Below, in pieces: positions 24,860 through 38,900 of a stretch of 64,000 nucleotides of DNA. Source of the stretch: Octopus sinensis (lineage: Eukaryota). How positions within the stretch are numbered: the stretch's first letter is position 1; each line of letters opens with the position of its first letter. The notes beneath the pieces were generated by a model. That model saw only the letters and a program-made list of their open reading frames with translations. It was not told where the DNA came from and made no database searches. The stretch is taken from NCBI RefSeq assembly GCF_006345805.1, contig NC_043001.1:3968001-4032000 (forward strand), given 5' to 3'. A program made the translations under genes and the position numbers.

Positions 24860-26897
24860 ATTTAATTACATTGACAGTTAAAAGAACAATATGCTTTTTA
24901 CATTAAGAATTCAAATATAATGCGGTGTATATATTTGTTCTGAGGTAAAATGCAGCATAGCTTAATGCTATTCCATAACGTATTCGATTTTGTAATTGCT
25001 TCCTTTATTTCTGAGTTACCAAATTTAATTTTATATTTCGTTTTGGTAAAAGATACTTAACACATTTAAAGTCAGTCACAAGACACTGTCCATGCGGCCT
25101 TTGATATAAAGCTTCTGAGCAGTAAACATTTTTTAGACAACAGCTTAATAAAGAAATATATTTTACGAAATGTTTCATGAGGTTTAGAATTACTTGGAAC
25201 AGAAGAAGTATAATACAACAGAAATGTGGTTAACGTGTGATTTGAATGATAGCACTGCCTTACTTCACTGTTTTGGTCTTGTGACTACACTACGAAATAG
25301 GGATAATTATTTTACTAAATAATGTCTTATTAAATGGAATTAAATCAGAACTTGTTTGTTTTCATTTGTAGTATTGCAAAAAGGCACAAAAATGTATTTA
25401 AAATATCAATAAATATATTTTAAAGAACATTGATTAATAAAATGAATTGGAATTTATATAGTTATTCTTGGTATTTACACAAATATCAAATTTTGATAAT
25501 GCTAATGAAATATAAGTAGGTCAGTTAGTATTTTAAATATGAAACTTTTCTTAAAAGAAGGCTTAGATTTATTGTATAAAATCAGACAGTTAAATGCTAC
25601 TTACTCGGAAAGCACGGTATTCGCCACACAAATATTGATATTACATTCAGCTCCATCTAGATCAGAACTGAAATATTTCAATTATTTTTGCGAGACAAAG
25701 ATCACTTGACATTTCATTGTCTCGATTAGCTGACCCCATTGCTAACTTATGACCCCTTTCCTAACATAGGTTCACTAGAACAACAAGTTCAAGCCACAGA
25801 CCATCAGCAATCAATAGAATGTTATAACTATGACAACATACAATATTATGTGATGTGTGTTGATTTCACGTCACTAATTGTCTTTATTCAATGGAGATTC
25901 CATAAACCATTAGAAACCTTTGAGTAAGTTCTCAGTGTTTTTTTTCTACAAGCAATAGAAATTCTTTGAAACATTCTGACCTTAGAACTAACCTTTATAC
26001 TGACATTAAAAGGAACCCTTAGTACTATATCATGCACTTAATCTTAGTCAGTTGTTTAGAGAAGAATGATTTTGGATGTAAGATATTTTCTTTCGTAAGG
26101 ACTTTACATTTAACAAAAGAAACAGAGCTGCACAATAATCTACTTGACATACTAAAATATTATATTAGAGAGAATTACTTGAAAACAACATGAAGATTTG
26201 ATCACTTTGAATATTATGAAGTATAATGATTGTTGTGAATATTATGATCACTTTGTTATAGCTATATATATGCTTAGCACTTGTACGCATGCTCACATGC
26301 AAGTATGTGTGTGTGTGTCTATGATTTAGACTGAGGCTTTGTTGGGGCACAGACTTAAAGGAATCTTAGTCGGACAAATCGACTCCAGGAATTTCTTTTA
26401 TGTATGTGAGTGTGTGAGCGTGAATTTCTGTCTATATATATATATATATATATATGTTTGTTGGCAAAGGAGCGTGGCTGAGAAGTTTGTTTCGCAAAGG
26501 TGTGTTCGCCCATTTAGCAACATCTTTGCTAAGTTTTAGTATAGACGCAAACCGAACGATGGTTTTTGATTGGATTTGATTAACGGAAGTTTAGTATGTG
26601 CAAGTTAAATTGAAGGGATTAGATGTTGGTTATTAGTTTGAAGCAAGTTTAAGTAGAATAGCGGAATACTTACTGCAGATGTAACAATCAATACAAAGTG
26701 TGGAGCCATGAATGTATATGCAGGTGTACGGATGCGTACACGTTGACACTTATACATACATGCATACATACATTCATACCTATATACATGCATAAATACA
26801 TACATACATATATAAGTTTACATATATATACTTATATATATGTATGTACATATATTTTTTAAAATATATACACATACATATATATACACACATATAT

Positions 26898-26973
<76 letters not shown>

Positions 26974-27726
26974 CATATTATATATATATATATGCTATAT
27001 ATATATATATAATCAAAATAAGCAACAATAATAACTTCAGTAATTTGGTACGATCGTTTCACGCTACATCATTTTTATTAAATGTTGTAAGCATTACAAT
27101 AGTTTTAAAATGCTGAGCAATCATCAGCAATTAGTAGAGGTTTCCCATTAATACATAATTTTCATATCGATTGATAACATTATAGAGACGGTAGATATAT
27201 AGACAGAGAGGTCGATTTAAATCTTAAGAATATTAAGGTAGTAGTGTTTATCAACTGACTGAAGAATATTCAGAAAATTCAGTCGTTTTGAGCTGCTAGA
27301 CGGTTTGGGAAGAATGATCGATTGAAAGGAGATAAAGATTTTCTATTTATGGAAATAGGGGTGAAATAGATGTCAAAGTTCTATATAAAGAAATTAAGGT
27401 AGAGAGAGGGTTGTAATGCTACAGAGGCTGTTTACTATTATTTGGCAAACAGATTTTGTATTTGGAAAACTAGGTCAATGTGAAATGAGCACAATGTCAA
27501 ATGGTCACACTTGTAGAGAATACAGAGGTTATTTTATACTTACATATATCAACTTTATACTTAGCTGGTAGATTTTGAATATTTTGATACGTTGGATTAA
27601 AGGAGAAATTATAAATCTGATATTTATCCATTCTGGAGAAAAATCTATCACTTATTATGAGTAGGCATAATGCTCATTAACTGAGGACAGAAGTCTTATT
27701 AATCAAGTGAATATATTAGGGGCCAA

Positions 27727-27807
<81 letters not shown>

Positions 27808-27809
27808 GC

Positions 27810-28403
27810 AAATAAAGGGTGACATATAATTAATTTAATAAAATCAATAAATTCACCTAGTAGTATTTCGGTATGGAAAAGGACAATATTCGGTAAACAT
27901 TTATATAATTATAATAATAAGGGGTTTTTGCAACAAGTTGCTTAAACCACATACCGAAAATATTAGAAATAGCAATCAAAGGACTACTATTTCTTTTACT
28001 ACAAAAATAAGTCTCCACCCCGAAAGGATGAAAGATACGAATTCGCTTGTCTATATAAATGTGGATATGCTAGTGGACTTCTGCATCTGTCGATGTCGCT
28101 TGGTCGAAAATATAGGAGGTAGGTTTTTCCTAGCATTTCTAGATTTATGGGAAATATTATGTTGATAAGGAAATGAACTTTACGATTCTAATCCAGAAAC
28201 GTACGCCCATAATTAATCCGAAGACTGTGTGGTTTCGTTGTTTTCCTTCTTCTTTTGCCATATGTGAGTTACAAATATTGTTGTTTGTGGAGACTTGTTT
28301 TTGTTGTAAAAGAAATAGTAGTCCTTTGACTGCTATTTCTAATGGTTTCGGTATGTGGTTTAAGCAACTTGTTGCCAAAATCCTTATTATTATAATTATA
28401 TGA

Positions 28404-28410
<7 letters not shown>
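27810..28410. mobile_element. Fold-back element (about 120-bp inverted arms, about 265-bp spacer) inside (TA)n
   Basis: Arm 27900-28020 (...caacaagttgcttaaaccacataccgaaa...tagaaatagca.tcaaaggactactatttctttta...aagtctccac) is mirrored at 28287-28410. Confidence 0.85.
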
Positions 28411-28486
<76 letters not shown>

Positions 28487-28494
28487 CATGTGAA

Positions 28495-28800
28495 GGCGTG
28501 CGCCGTATAATTTAAATTATTCGGCTAACGATCATAAAGTCGTGAGTTCAATTCACGACGGAACGTCGTGTCCTTGACCAACACACTTTACTTCACGTTG
28601 CTTCAGTCCACTCAGCTGGCAAAAATGAGTTGTACCTCTATTTGAAAGGGTTATCCGTGTCACATTCAGTGTGACGGTGAATGTCCCAAACGACTATACT
28701 AATGGTACTCTTGTCTGTGGAGTGTTCAGCCACTTGTACGTTAATTTCATGGGCTGGCTGTTCCGTTGAACATGAATGGAACATGAATGCAGTTTGGCAT
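28495..28800 (+). mobile_element. tRNA-derived SINE with CORE-like central domain
   Basis: B-box-like gagttcaattc, then gtgtccttgaccaacacactttacttcacgttgcttcagtccactcagctggcaaaaatgagt. This domain recurs at about 22830, 31330-31400 (minus) and 58010-58060. Confidence 0.65.
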
Positions 28801-29709
28801 AATCATGTTGGACATCAGATGTTGGTAACCGTTGGTATTTTAGGTTATGTGAAGATTTCCGTTTACTCTAGCATGGTTAGCTTTTGTAGAAATCAGTAAT
28901 TGCCTTTTTGAATATACATGTTGGAACAATCATTTTCCGCTTAGTGAACATCGACCTAGATATTCGTAACTGAGGAGTTCAAATCAAATCGAAACGCGGC
29001 CTCTGGTGGTCTCCCGGAGTCCTATACCTTTTTCTTTATAAAAGTCTTTCATTTGGATGTTTCTCTGAGATAAAATATTAGAGCTAATGACACTCCACAT
29101 TTTGTATACCTATTATAAACTTTACACATACCTATATTATGAACTTAGTTTTGTTGTAAGTGTGTTTATTAATACAATTTGTATTAATTATTCAGCAAAA
29201 ATAAAAGAAAAAAGAAAAAGAAAAACGAAATTCAGCTAATTAAATGACTCGCTATTTTCCTTATGTACCAAGATGATACAAAACGATGTCTCCAAAGTAA
29301 TCATATTAACATTAAGAAAACAAGTAATCATGATATTTTTAACACCATAAATGGAAGATAATTACAAATTAATAGCTATGCCAGTAATTATTCATAATTC
29401 TACAACCAATACTATAAACATTATGTTCTATATACTGTTAGACATTATTTTAAGTTACTAATTTCTGAAGACACTGTTAAGCCTGACCAAAACGTTTCAT
29501 AAATGTTGATAGCTAATGATTTCCCTGTACGTGATAAAGAGATCTCTGATCTTCTATGATCAAATAAGGACAAAGTTGTTAATTACCTGAACATAAACCA
29601 CATACAAGAACAAAATCAACAACAGGAAATATCACTTACATTCAGATTAATCAAAGACAAAACAAGTGACTGGCTATCAGCTGCCGGGTAGTCTGTATAT
29701 ATATATATA

Positions 29710-30020
29710 CTTATATAACACTCTGGCCGTATTAGCGATTTCAAGATCATGTTGATCTGTAAGAGAGCCCTTAAATCGACTCTCACGGAATCACTTTACA
29801 AAGCACTTCAGTCACTCCTTCAAAGCTATATTCTATAGGTTCCCTCCTCTTCAAGGACTACTGCATCTAACACTGCTGCTGTATGCATTGCATCTTCTCA
29901 CAAACGCCTATGACCCATTCTATGTCTCTAAATCAAAACTGGGTGCTTCGCAAGATTCCTAATTGTACGCTACCTTCATAAAATTCTCTCAATTATTTTC
30001 GGAAACTCCCCGAAATACTT
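29710..30020 (-). mobile_element. RTE-type LINE 3' end fragment
   Basis: Minus strand: gaatgggtcataggcgtttgtgagaagatgc...gaggagggaacctatagaat...gtgattccgtgagagtcgatttaagggctct, resembling the WFGHVxR...RGRP...VRVDLRAL C-terminus; decayed. Confidence 0.5.
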
Positions 30021-31189
30021 GAAGATGAATTAAATCGTCCTTAATTATATTGAGCTAAAATATTAAACACACACTCACAAACACAAAAAAAGCTTGCATC
30101 ACAACACACAAGCATATACACCGCACACGTCTATATACCTCAGATCATGTTAAACATAAAAAATTCAAAGTTTGACTTTATTTCAAATTTGTAACTTGCA
30201 TATTAAACAGGAACAGATTCAAAAATCTCTAAAGCAGTATAAGTCTTTGGAAACATTAGGGGATATGAAGCAATACATATTTTATTCGAGGAATCTTGGA
30301 GTTGCTGCAGCTATGAGTTATTGCGTGTAGAAAATTAGGCTTTGGAAACCGTTGGATGAAAAAAATTTGAAAGGCTTCTCATGTGACTCAAACTATGAAC
30401 GTCTGTAAACATAACAGATTTGAAAACCATTACACACAAGCAGGGCTTCGAATGTTGTCCATCAATTTTGAAGTTTTGTTTTCATACAAGCAACAATTGT
30501 GCGACGTTTCCATTCTAAGAATTTAACCGAAAACCAAGCAAATCCGAAACATTAAAATATTTTATTGATAATGCTTTCTACTTTATTAATGACATTAAGG
30601 GAGAGAGCTGCAAGCCAACAATTCTACCACTGCCATCTTGGAAATGAATGGATGATTTGTATTTAGAACATCATGGCTGTCCTGAAGCGAAACCAGTCGG
30701 AAAACAATGAATCCCAATTTAACAATGTGACTACCTGAGATATTTTCATATTAACATTTTAAAGTCATTATTTACAGATGTGTGTTGAGAATGAAGTTGG
30801 TTAGGCGACCTAGTAAATTTTTTGCTCTAAGGAGACGATTTCAGAGGCTTATATTCGATCGTGAGTTCCGGGTTGTGTATTTTACAGGGACAATGATGCG
30901 ATTGAAGAAATGAAAGACTGAAATGTCGGAAAGAATGAATCGTAACTGTCAGCATCTCAAATATTAATGTCAATTCGATTCTGCTATCTTTTTTCATCGA
31001 ATTCTTTCAAGCACCGCTTCGAACAACTTTTTTCTTGAACGAATGAATCGATCCCACTACCCATTTTTTAAAAGCCTGCTATTTATTTTATCTGCCTCTT
31101 TTACTAAACCGTTAAGTTACGAGGACACAAAGAGAGCAAAACCTCCAGTCAAGCTATTGTGGGGGACACTGCTGAATCCTCCTTTGTTC

Positions 31190-31400
31190 ATTGCACCTAG
31201 AAAGCTACCCTCGAAGGCACGAATGCGAGCATGATTGTTTATGGAGGACCAGCAGTCGCCCATGCATACTACACTCCCTTCTCCACACCACCAGTGTTAT
31301 CCAAGGGATAGGCAAAGGGGCCGATATAGCTTGGCACCAGTGATGTCGCAACTCATTACTACAGCTGAGTGAACTGGAACAAAATGAAATAAGTGTCTTG
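31190..31400 (-). mobile_element. SINE fragment with CORE-like domain
   Basis: Reverse complement gttgtgttcttgagcaagacacttatttcattttgttccagttcactcagctg...aatgagttg. Confidence 0.6.
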
Positions 31401-31697
31401 CTCAAGAACACAACAAATATAAATGGATGTATATATGTATATCTGATATATCAACCCCAAGCATATTTATTTGTATATTTGCATCATTATCTCCATATCG
31501 CATCTCCTGGATTCCTCTTACAGCCGCTCTTTACCTCGCGGACTTAGCCTTCGGTAGTTATTCCGGTGTGCAGGTTCAAGTCATTTGAACACTGCTAAGT
31601 GTTTCCTATATAGATCTTCCTTGTATCGCACCTGTTGAGTCTGTTTCTCTCCCTCTCTTTCTCTCTATCCATGAATAGATAGGTGGATTAATTCATC

Positions 31698-31756
<59 letters not shown>

Positions 31757-31922
31757 TATGAAAGGTTTGAAAATGCAATTTTAATGATGTTTATTCACTT
31801 GACCGATTTCAATTTTTTAGAAAAAGATTGTCAAAACTAAAATGTAAAGCTTTGTAAAAGCTTTGCTGTGTGAAGTACTGGATGTCACAAATTATTACAA
31901 TACATATTTACATTCTTTGATA

Positions 31923-31954
<32 letters not shown>

Positions 31955-34634
31955 CTATGTATGTATGTTTAAATGTTCAACGTCGCATATTATAAGTAGA
32001 TTCATTTGTTAACTAGTGTGCGCTTACTGCAGCAATATTTTGTTGCTATGTTTGTCGCTGAAGATACCGAGCAGTTAAAAACCAGATATGCAAGTTACAA
32101 ATTCGAAATGAAGTCAAATTTTGAATTTGTTGTGTTTAACATGCTCTGAGATATATAGACGTGTGCGATATACATGTTTGTGTGTTGTGCTGCAAGTTTT
32201 TCTTTTTCGTGTTTGTGTGTGTGTGTTTAATAAAATCCATACAGAGCATGTAGAAAGGAAGGTGATTCAATATAATTCTATATGTGAATTACTTTCCTTG
32301 AAACAGGCATTTGGAAATGGACAAACTCCGTTAATGCAAACAGAATTATAGAACTTGGACTCCCCTTGAAGTTTTAGATTTGCAGTATTCGTTCCGGCTG
32401 GTTCCGCTGTTTTGTTGTTTTAAGCCTGTGAAATGTAATATCTGCCTTTTGTTCTTTTCAGGGCGTTTTTCGATAGATATTCTACCAGACTTCCACTGTG
32501 TACCGTTATCACTCTTAGAACATTGGATAGCTTATGTTATGTAACTGAGATAGTAGAGTTCCTTGTTCAGATTCCAATATATGAATAACAATTCCGCCAA
32601 CGGACAATACACATCACCAGAGACCAAGGGACCACAGGTGATTTTTATAGTTACAGTGTGTAGAGGATGATTGGGGTAGTCGAACAGTGATGAAAATTAC
32701 CATTTAACAATGTTGTTATTGGTAGTTTATATGTCATTATAAGTGGATTTGAATGAAACAAGCATGACTTCAAAATACCTGCTGTGATGAAATAATGCCA
32801 GTTAAGGCGTAGTGTGACTGAAATATGCAGATATGCAGGTTTGATATTTTATATTTTATTATAAAACTAATTCAATTTTCCTGTGATATTGAATTAAAAT
32901 TTGCTGTGATACGGTCATTTTATTGACAGTAATATAAATTCCAGAGAAATTCTCAAAGGTACACAGGAACAATCCAATTTGTAACGATACTGCCTGTAAG
33001 TCTAGACAATAATGTAATTTTAAAGGCCACAATCCGAGCAATTATTTTGTTAAATAACCAAATTTGAAAATAAACTTCGAAGCTGAAGATATCATTTTGA
33101 CTCTATTGTAATCACTGATGATAGTAAATGCTGCATTGAATTACGTTTTGTTGTGATAACAACAAAATTTGATTAAATATGAATTAAGAACACAAAACCA
33201 TTCATGAATAAATACATATATGTGTGTGTGTGTGTGTGCTTGCCTGTATGCACGTTTGTTTGTTTGTTTGATTGCGTGTATGTTTGTGTGTGTGTGCGTT
33301 TTCCCACACACATTTGTATATAATAAATAAGAAAATAAAGAACATCAAAGTCATGGGTTTGAATGAGCCATCATTTCCGAACATTATATTACCTAAACGA
33401 GAAACAGCAAGAGAATTAAAGGAAACAACAAGATAAAAATGAAACATTAGATATTTTATGTAACATCATTTCCTAAATAAATACACAAGGAAAATATATA
33501 AATACACCGCGAAACTATTGAATATTCACAAAACATTAAAAAAACGACATGTTTGTGAGGAAATATTTTAAAATTATGTTTATGGATTTTATTGTAAACA
33601 AATTTTTCAGATATTGGAAATTCACATGATTTTTGTAATACCATAAATATTGTGTAGTGTATTTATATTACTGATAGATATTTCCCGTAGCACACTTTTT
33701 GAGGTAATTATGTAAATTATACTAACCAAAATGTTCGTAACTCTATTTCTATTGGTAAAAATCTCTGTTCACTCTTCAAACCAGGATTGATAAGAATATG
33801 GTGGCTGGTTAGATATAATGAGAGTAAAAGAGGTCCGTAGCTATCAACAGAGTTTTTTAAAAGAATGTTAGATTTTCATTTTAGGCATAAAATTTCAATT
33901 TTCTGTTATTCTAAGACTAAATTTATGGATCTATAACCAATCTTTATGGTCAACACCACTTTCCAGCGACGTTTTGAGATCCTTCCCAAATAAGAGGTAC
34001 ATTTCAATATATTTAGAAATCTTTCTCTATGTTATTGAGTCAACACTAACACGATTAATGATTATATAAATCCAGAGCATTAACGCAATAACATACTTTC
34101 GCTTCAGTCCATTATTCAAAGAGTTTTGAGAAAAATGGGAAATTTTGTAGAGATATCAGCATAACTCTGAAACAGTTTGCATCGCAATCGTTTCTTTCCG
34201 AGCGCAATCCCACTACGTGGGACTGTCTTTAAGTATACAATTACAGCCCTAAAACCAACCTTCGCTTGTGAGTAAAGCTGGTAGCTTTAAAAGTGTCCTG
34301 TATGTATACATACATGAACTCCCAGTGTTCTGGACACTACTCCCCTCAAGGCATGCAGTTACAACAGCTGCCGTTGGTTGATATTAATGTATCTGAATAA
34401 TATATGTATCATTCAACAAGCAACAGCTGATACTGACGCACCGAAACAGTCGTAGTGATACACATTAAAGTCTGTTCATTCTATTTTCGTACGTTACATT
34501 TTATTTGTACACGCTTTGCATTTACTCATTTATTTCTTCATATACATGCAGTAAAAGATGTCCTGCTGTATAACATCTTGTGCCCGGTACACTCAGAGGA
34601 GCTGGGCGTCTATATATATATATATATATATTGT

Positions 34635-35123
34635 CAATGAAAAAGGGTAGAATTAATTAATTATTAATTAATTCGACCGAGCAGTGTTCGGTATGTAGAA
34701 CGACCATTTACGGTATATTTGAAATATTACTTTATAAAAATAGGGTTTGAGTAAAATAATTTACTTTACCACACACCGAGCTTTTTAGAAATAGCAGCCA
34801 AAAATTTGGCTATTTCTTCTACTGCAAGAAAAGTTTCCCAGACAATGCATACTCAGAAATAACTCACATAGGTATAAGGGAAAAACAACGAAAGATCACA
34901 TCTATATGAGATACTAATCCAGAAACAGTCTGTCCTCGGGTATCTTATATGGATGTGATCTTTCGTTGTTTTTCCATTATACCTATGTGAGTTATTTCTC
35001 AGTATGCATTGTCTGGGAGACTTTTCTTGCAGTAGAAGAAATAGCCAAATTTTTGGCTGCTATTTCTAAAAAGCTCGGTGTGTGGTAAAGTCAATTATTT
35101 AACTTTACCCTATTTTTATAAAG

Positions 35124-35130
<7 letters not shown>
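34635..35130. mobile_element. Fold-back element (about 190-bp arms, about 25-bp spacer) inside (TA)n, related to 27810-28410
   Basis: 34722-34911 is mirrored by 34938-35130 almost perfectly. It shares aaagggt...aattaatt...ttcggtatg, ccaca.accga...tagaaatagca and ctaatccagaaac with the 28-kb element. Confidence 0.9.
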
Positions 35131-35159
<29 letters not shown>

Positions 35160-35544
35160 GAGTGTGAGGGTGTGAGTATGATATTTGAGTCTTTATGTTT
35201 CTGTCTGTGCTATAGAATGGCTGCAGTTCAATGACTGAACCAAGTAAAAGATTTGTTATCGTCCATATTGTAATATGATCGGATTTTTTCACTGGAGAAA
35301 TCTCTCGGAAAAGCATTCTAAATTTTTAAATTTATTTTGCGGTTTCGTATTTCGAAATAGACGCAACTTTCACTTTATTCAGGATTTACTTGTATATTTT
35401 GCGTAGGATATTCTTATCATTATTTCACACTTGAATTATTTAAAGCAGAAAGAATAATATTTCTGTTTATTATCTTCAACATAATCCTATAATTACTATA
35501 TATATATATATATATAAATACATATATGTGTGTGTGTATATATA

Positions 35545-35985
35545 TTCTTTCTTTCTTTTACTTGTTTCAGTAATTTGACTGCGGCCATGCTGGAGCACCG
35601 CCTTTAGTCGAGCAAATCGACCCCGGCACTTATTCTTTGTAAGCCCAGTACTTATTCTATCGGTCTCTTTTGCCGAATCGCTAAGTGACGGGGACGTAAA
35701 CACACCAGCATCGGTTGTCAAGCAATGCTAAGGGGACAAACACAGACATAGAAACACACACACACATATATATATACATATATATACATATATACGACAG
35801 ACTTCTTTCACTTTCCGTCTCACAAGGCATTCACTCACAAATCCACTCACAAATCCACTCACAAGGCATTGGTCGGCTCGGGGCTATAGCAGAAGACACT
35901 TGCCCAAGATGCCACGCAGTGGGACTGAACCCGGAACCATGTGGTTAGTTAGCAAGCTTCTTACCACACAGCCACTCCTGCGCCT
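35545..35985 (-). mobile_element. SINE family A with internal (CACTCACAAATC) tandem duplication
   Basis: Reverse-complement match to 10871-11250. Confidence 0.88.
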
Positions 35986-38900
35986 ATATATATATTTGTA
36001 TATATATATGTCACAACTCGTGCCCTCACGCAATATATTCATAGATGTTCATATTCGTTTTAGGGTTCCTTTAGATGACGGAGATTAATATTTGAACCCT
36101 ATCAAGCGTCTGATAAAAATATAAGTGTTTATCTCTATTAATATTATACTCGCAAGAGGAGTGAAACTTATCCGTCTGCTGTTAAAACACCCCGAAACAT
36201 TTTGTAATTTTATTCACTTCATATTTCGTGAACACTTTACATAAATATCTCTTTTGATGTAGTGTATGACGTCAGGCTAACACGGAAGATCTCAAAGAGT
36301 TTAGTTTATTGAGTATCACCGGATATTACACATCCGACTACACTGCAAGGAATAAATGAAGTGAAATCACTTCATTGGTAATTACATCGTATTTTGGGCT
36401 TGTCGGAATGTTACTACAACTCTACTGCACGACATATTCAACAATAGCTTTTAAATTATCTCTACCAATTCTGATCGTTTCTGTTGCGATTATCTAAATA
36501 TTTTGTTCGTCTTGGGTCTAGTTGCCATGTACAATAACACGACAATCTGAGAGGCAGGGATTCGTCTCGTAAGCATATCTGAAATGCATATAGATTTGTA
36601 TGTGTAAGTATGGGCCGCAGAGCGCCAGCCTTTTTGTGTATGAGTGTTTGTTTACTTACTCGAGAGTTATACGAATTTACGTAGCAGGTGATCAACAATG
36701 GACGCTTTCATTAAATATGAACCAAATAATATCGGTAATTGAGCTGACAATAATATCCTAAAATCTGGCTCGTTTATATCTGCGAGGAAAGTTTAAAAGA
36801 TATTGGGAATCTGTAATATTCAACAAACGTTGCAAGAGTGACTCTTTTGTGTTAACTTACCGTGGAAGCTCACCGCCGTGACTGTAGATTTGCTGTTGTG
36901 ATAGAAGGGTATGTCGTAGGTACATTTAAACCTGGGGGAGCATACTTTTCCGATTAAACCATAGAGAATTTCTTTCAGAAGTGAAAAATACAGAATGCGA
37001 CAGAGAAAGAAAGAGAACCATCAACTATATCAGGAAACTAGCACTCTATTTATCAACCTCAAAACGATAAAAAATGAAGATGACTTCAATTGAATTTGAA
37101 CTCAGGCGTGGAGAGTTTTGGAGCCATTATGTGAAGGAATATATCCGACGCTCGACCTAATCTGCTAATTTATCACCTTTAACATGATTACCTATCTTTT
37201 ATTCAAAATTTATGAAAAACTAATGATCTTTTTTGTCTTTTGCGGTCTGGTATTCGATAATGCATTTGCGATGTAGTTTGATCAATTTTCCTGATTATGG
37301 CTTTTTACATATGTTAAAATAAGAGTTTTTGCAAACTGGCATTTTCGGATTAAAGTAGATTTGACAACGTATCATCATTTGATGTGAAACTATCAGAGAA
37401 CAGTTATTGTTTTACTTTATGAGACAAATAACTATTATGAATAATAGAGCACTATATTTCTTAATGTAATATTTAAATTTTACTATATTGATGGCGTTTA
37501 TTTGTGATGCAATTAACGTCGCTTTGTAGGAGCGTTCTGTACTTTCTCTTTCCTCACATTAACAGCTCGTCTTTAGTTCTCTTTTGTCACGTACTAATTA
37601 ATAGATGTCGCTATCTGTTCATCTTCTATTAGTGTTTCTAGACTCTACATCCATATTTGCTACATTGTTTTATAAATTAAACTAACGAATTTACTTTGTT
37701 TCTTTCTGATATGTGTCATGGGTTCACATCACAAAGTTTTCATTTTATCAGAAGACATCCGTTTTGCGGTATGAGTTCATTTTCCACTACACAAGCGAAC
37801 ATTGTTACACACACACCTTTCAAAATACACACAAAGCAAATGAAAACGAACAATATAAAGAAAATAATTCTTAAATAATTTAACAGTACCTTCTCAGAAT
37901 ATTACCCACGAAACGACCAGTTCATAAGCATGAGTGCTGGCAAAACAGGAAATGTTAGATCTCTATGGAAACATTTACTAGGATGTATATTGCCAGTTAC
38001 ATTTGAAGAATAACGCTAGAATGCATTAGACATGATGTCTATAAATCTAGTGCTTGTGACGTCATGGCATAACTACAATATATATGTGTAACACACACGC
38101 TAACGTATCTAACAAGATGTATATTGGGCTTACAGATAACAACTCTAAGGCCTGACATTAGCAACATACATATACGTTCTGAATCCCTTTAAGAAAAATA
38201 ATTCAACTTTTCATATCTATCTACGACACAAGGCAAAAGAGCAACGAATGCTCTGCGGAAAGAGAAATCCATTTCTGGCGAAAATTAGTCTCACAATTTG
38301 AGTATAGAAGAGACAATACAATAGTTTTCCGAATGTACCTTTATGAATAAAATATGGGATTATGTATCTGCGTGTAAAAACCAGATACAAAGAAACTGCG
38401 ATAATTATAAACCTACACTTAGACACTGGTAGGCGGCATATTTACAGAAGCACGTCCAAAGTTTGGAATAAATTCCAACATGTGCATGGAATTTTCAAGT
38501 GTAAGTAATTTCAGCGCATGAGGTGTGATTTTTCTGGAATTAAATCAAGGAAATGAAACACCACTGACTGTAAGTACTTCACGTTGTCTCCCGAGAATCC
38601 CAAGAACATACATACGCTACATTTCCAAACCAATAAGGTTTTGCAAAGAAGCATCTTGTCAAAGAACCTGCGGTAAGAACAATGTGAAAAGAAAAATGTT
38701 CTGCCTATAACTCTACTTAAGGGTTGTACAGAAATTATATACTGACATAATGTTTTTGTAAAAAAACCGTTTTCTGCCCAATAGTAGTGAATGTTTCTAT
38801 TAAGTCCTGTTTAATAAATTAAATGCATTCTACTACCTACAGAATTAAACATTTCTGTACTGATTTTGCATTGAAAACCTTGCAAATTGCAATGAAAGAG

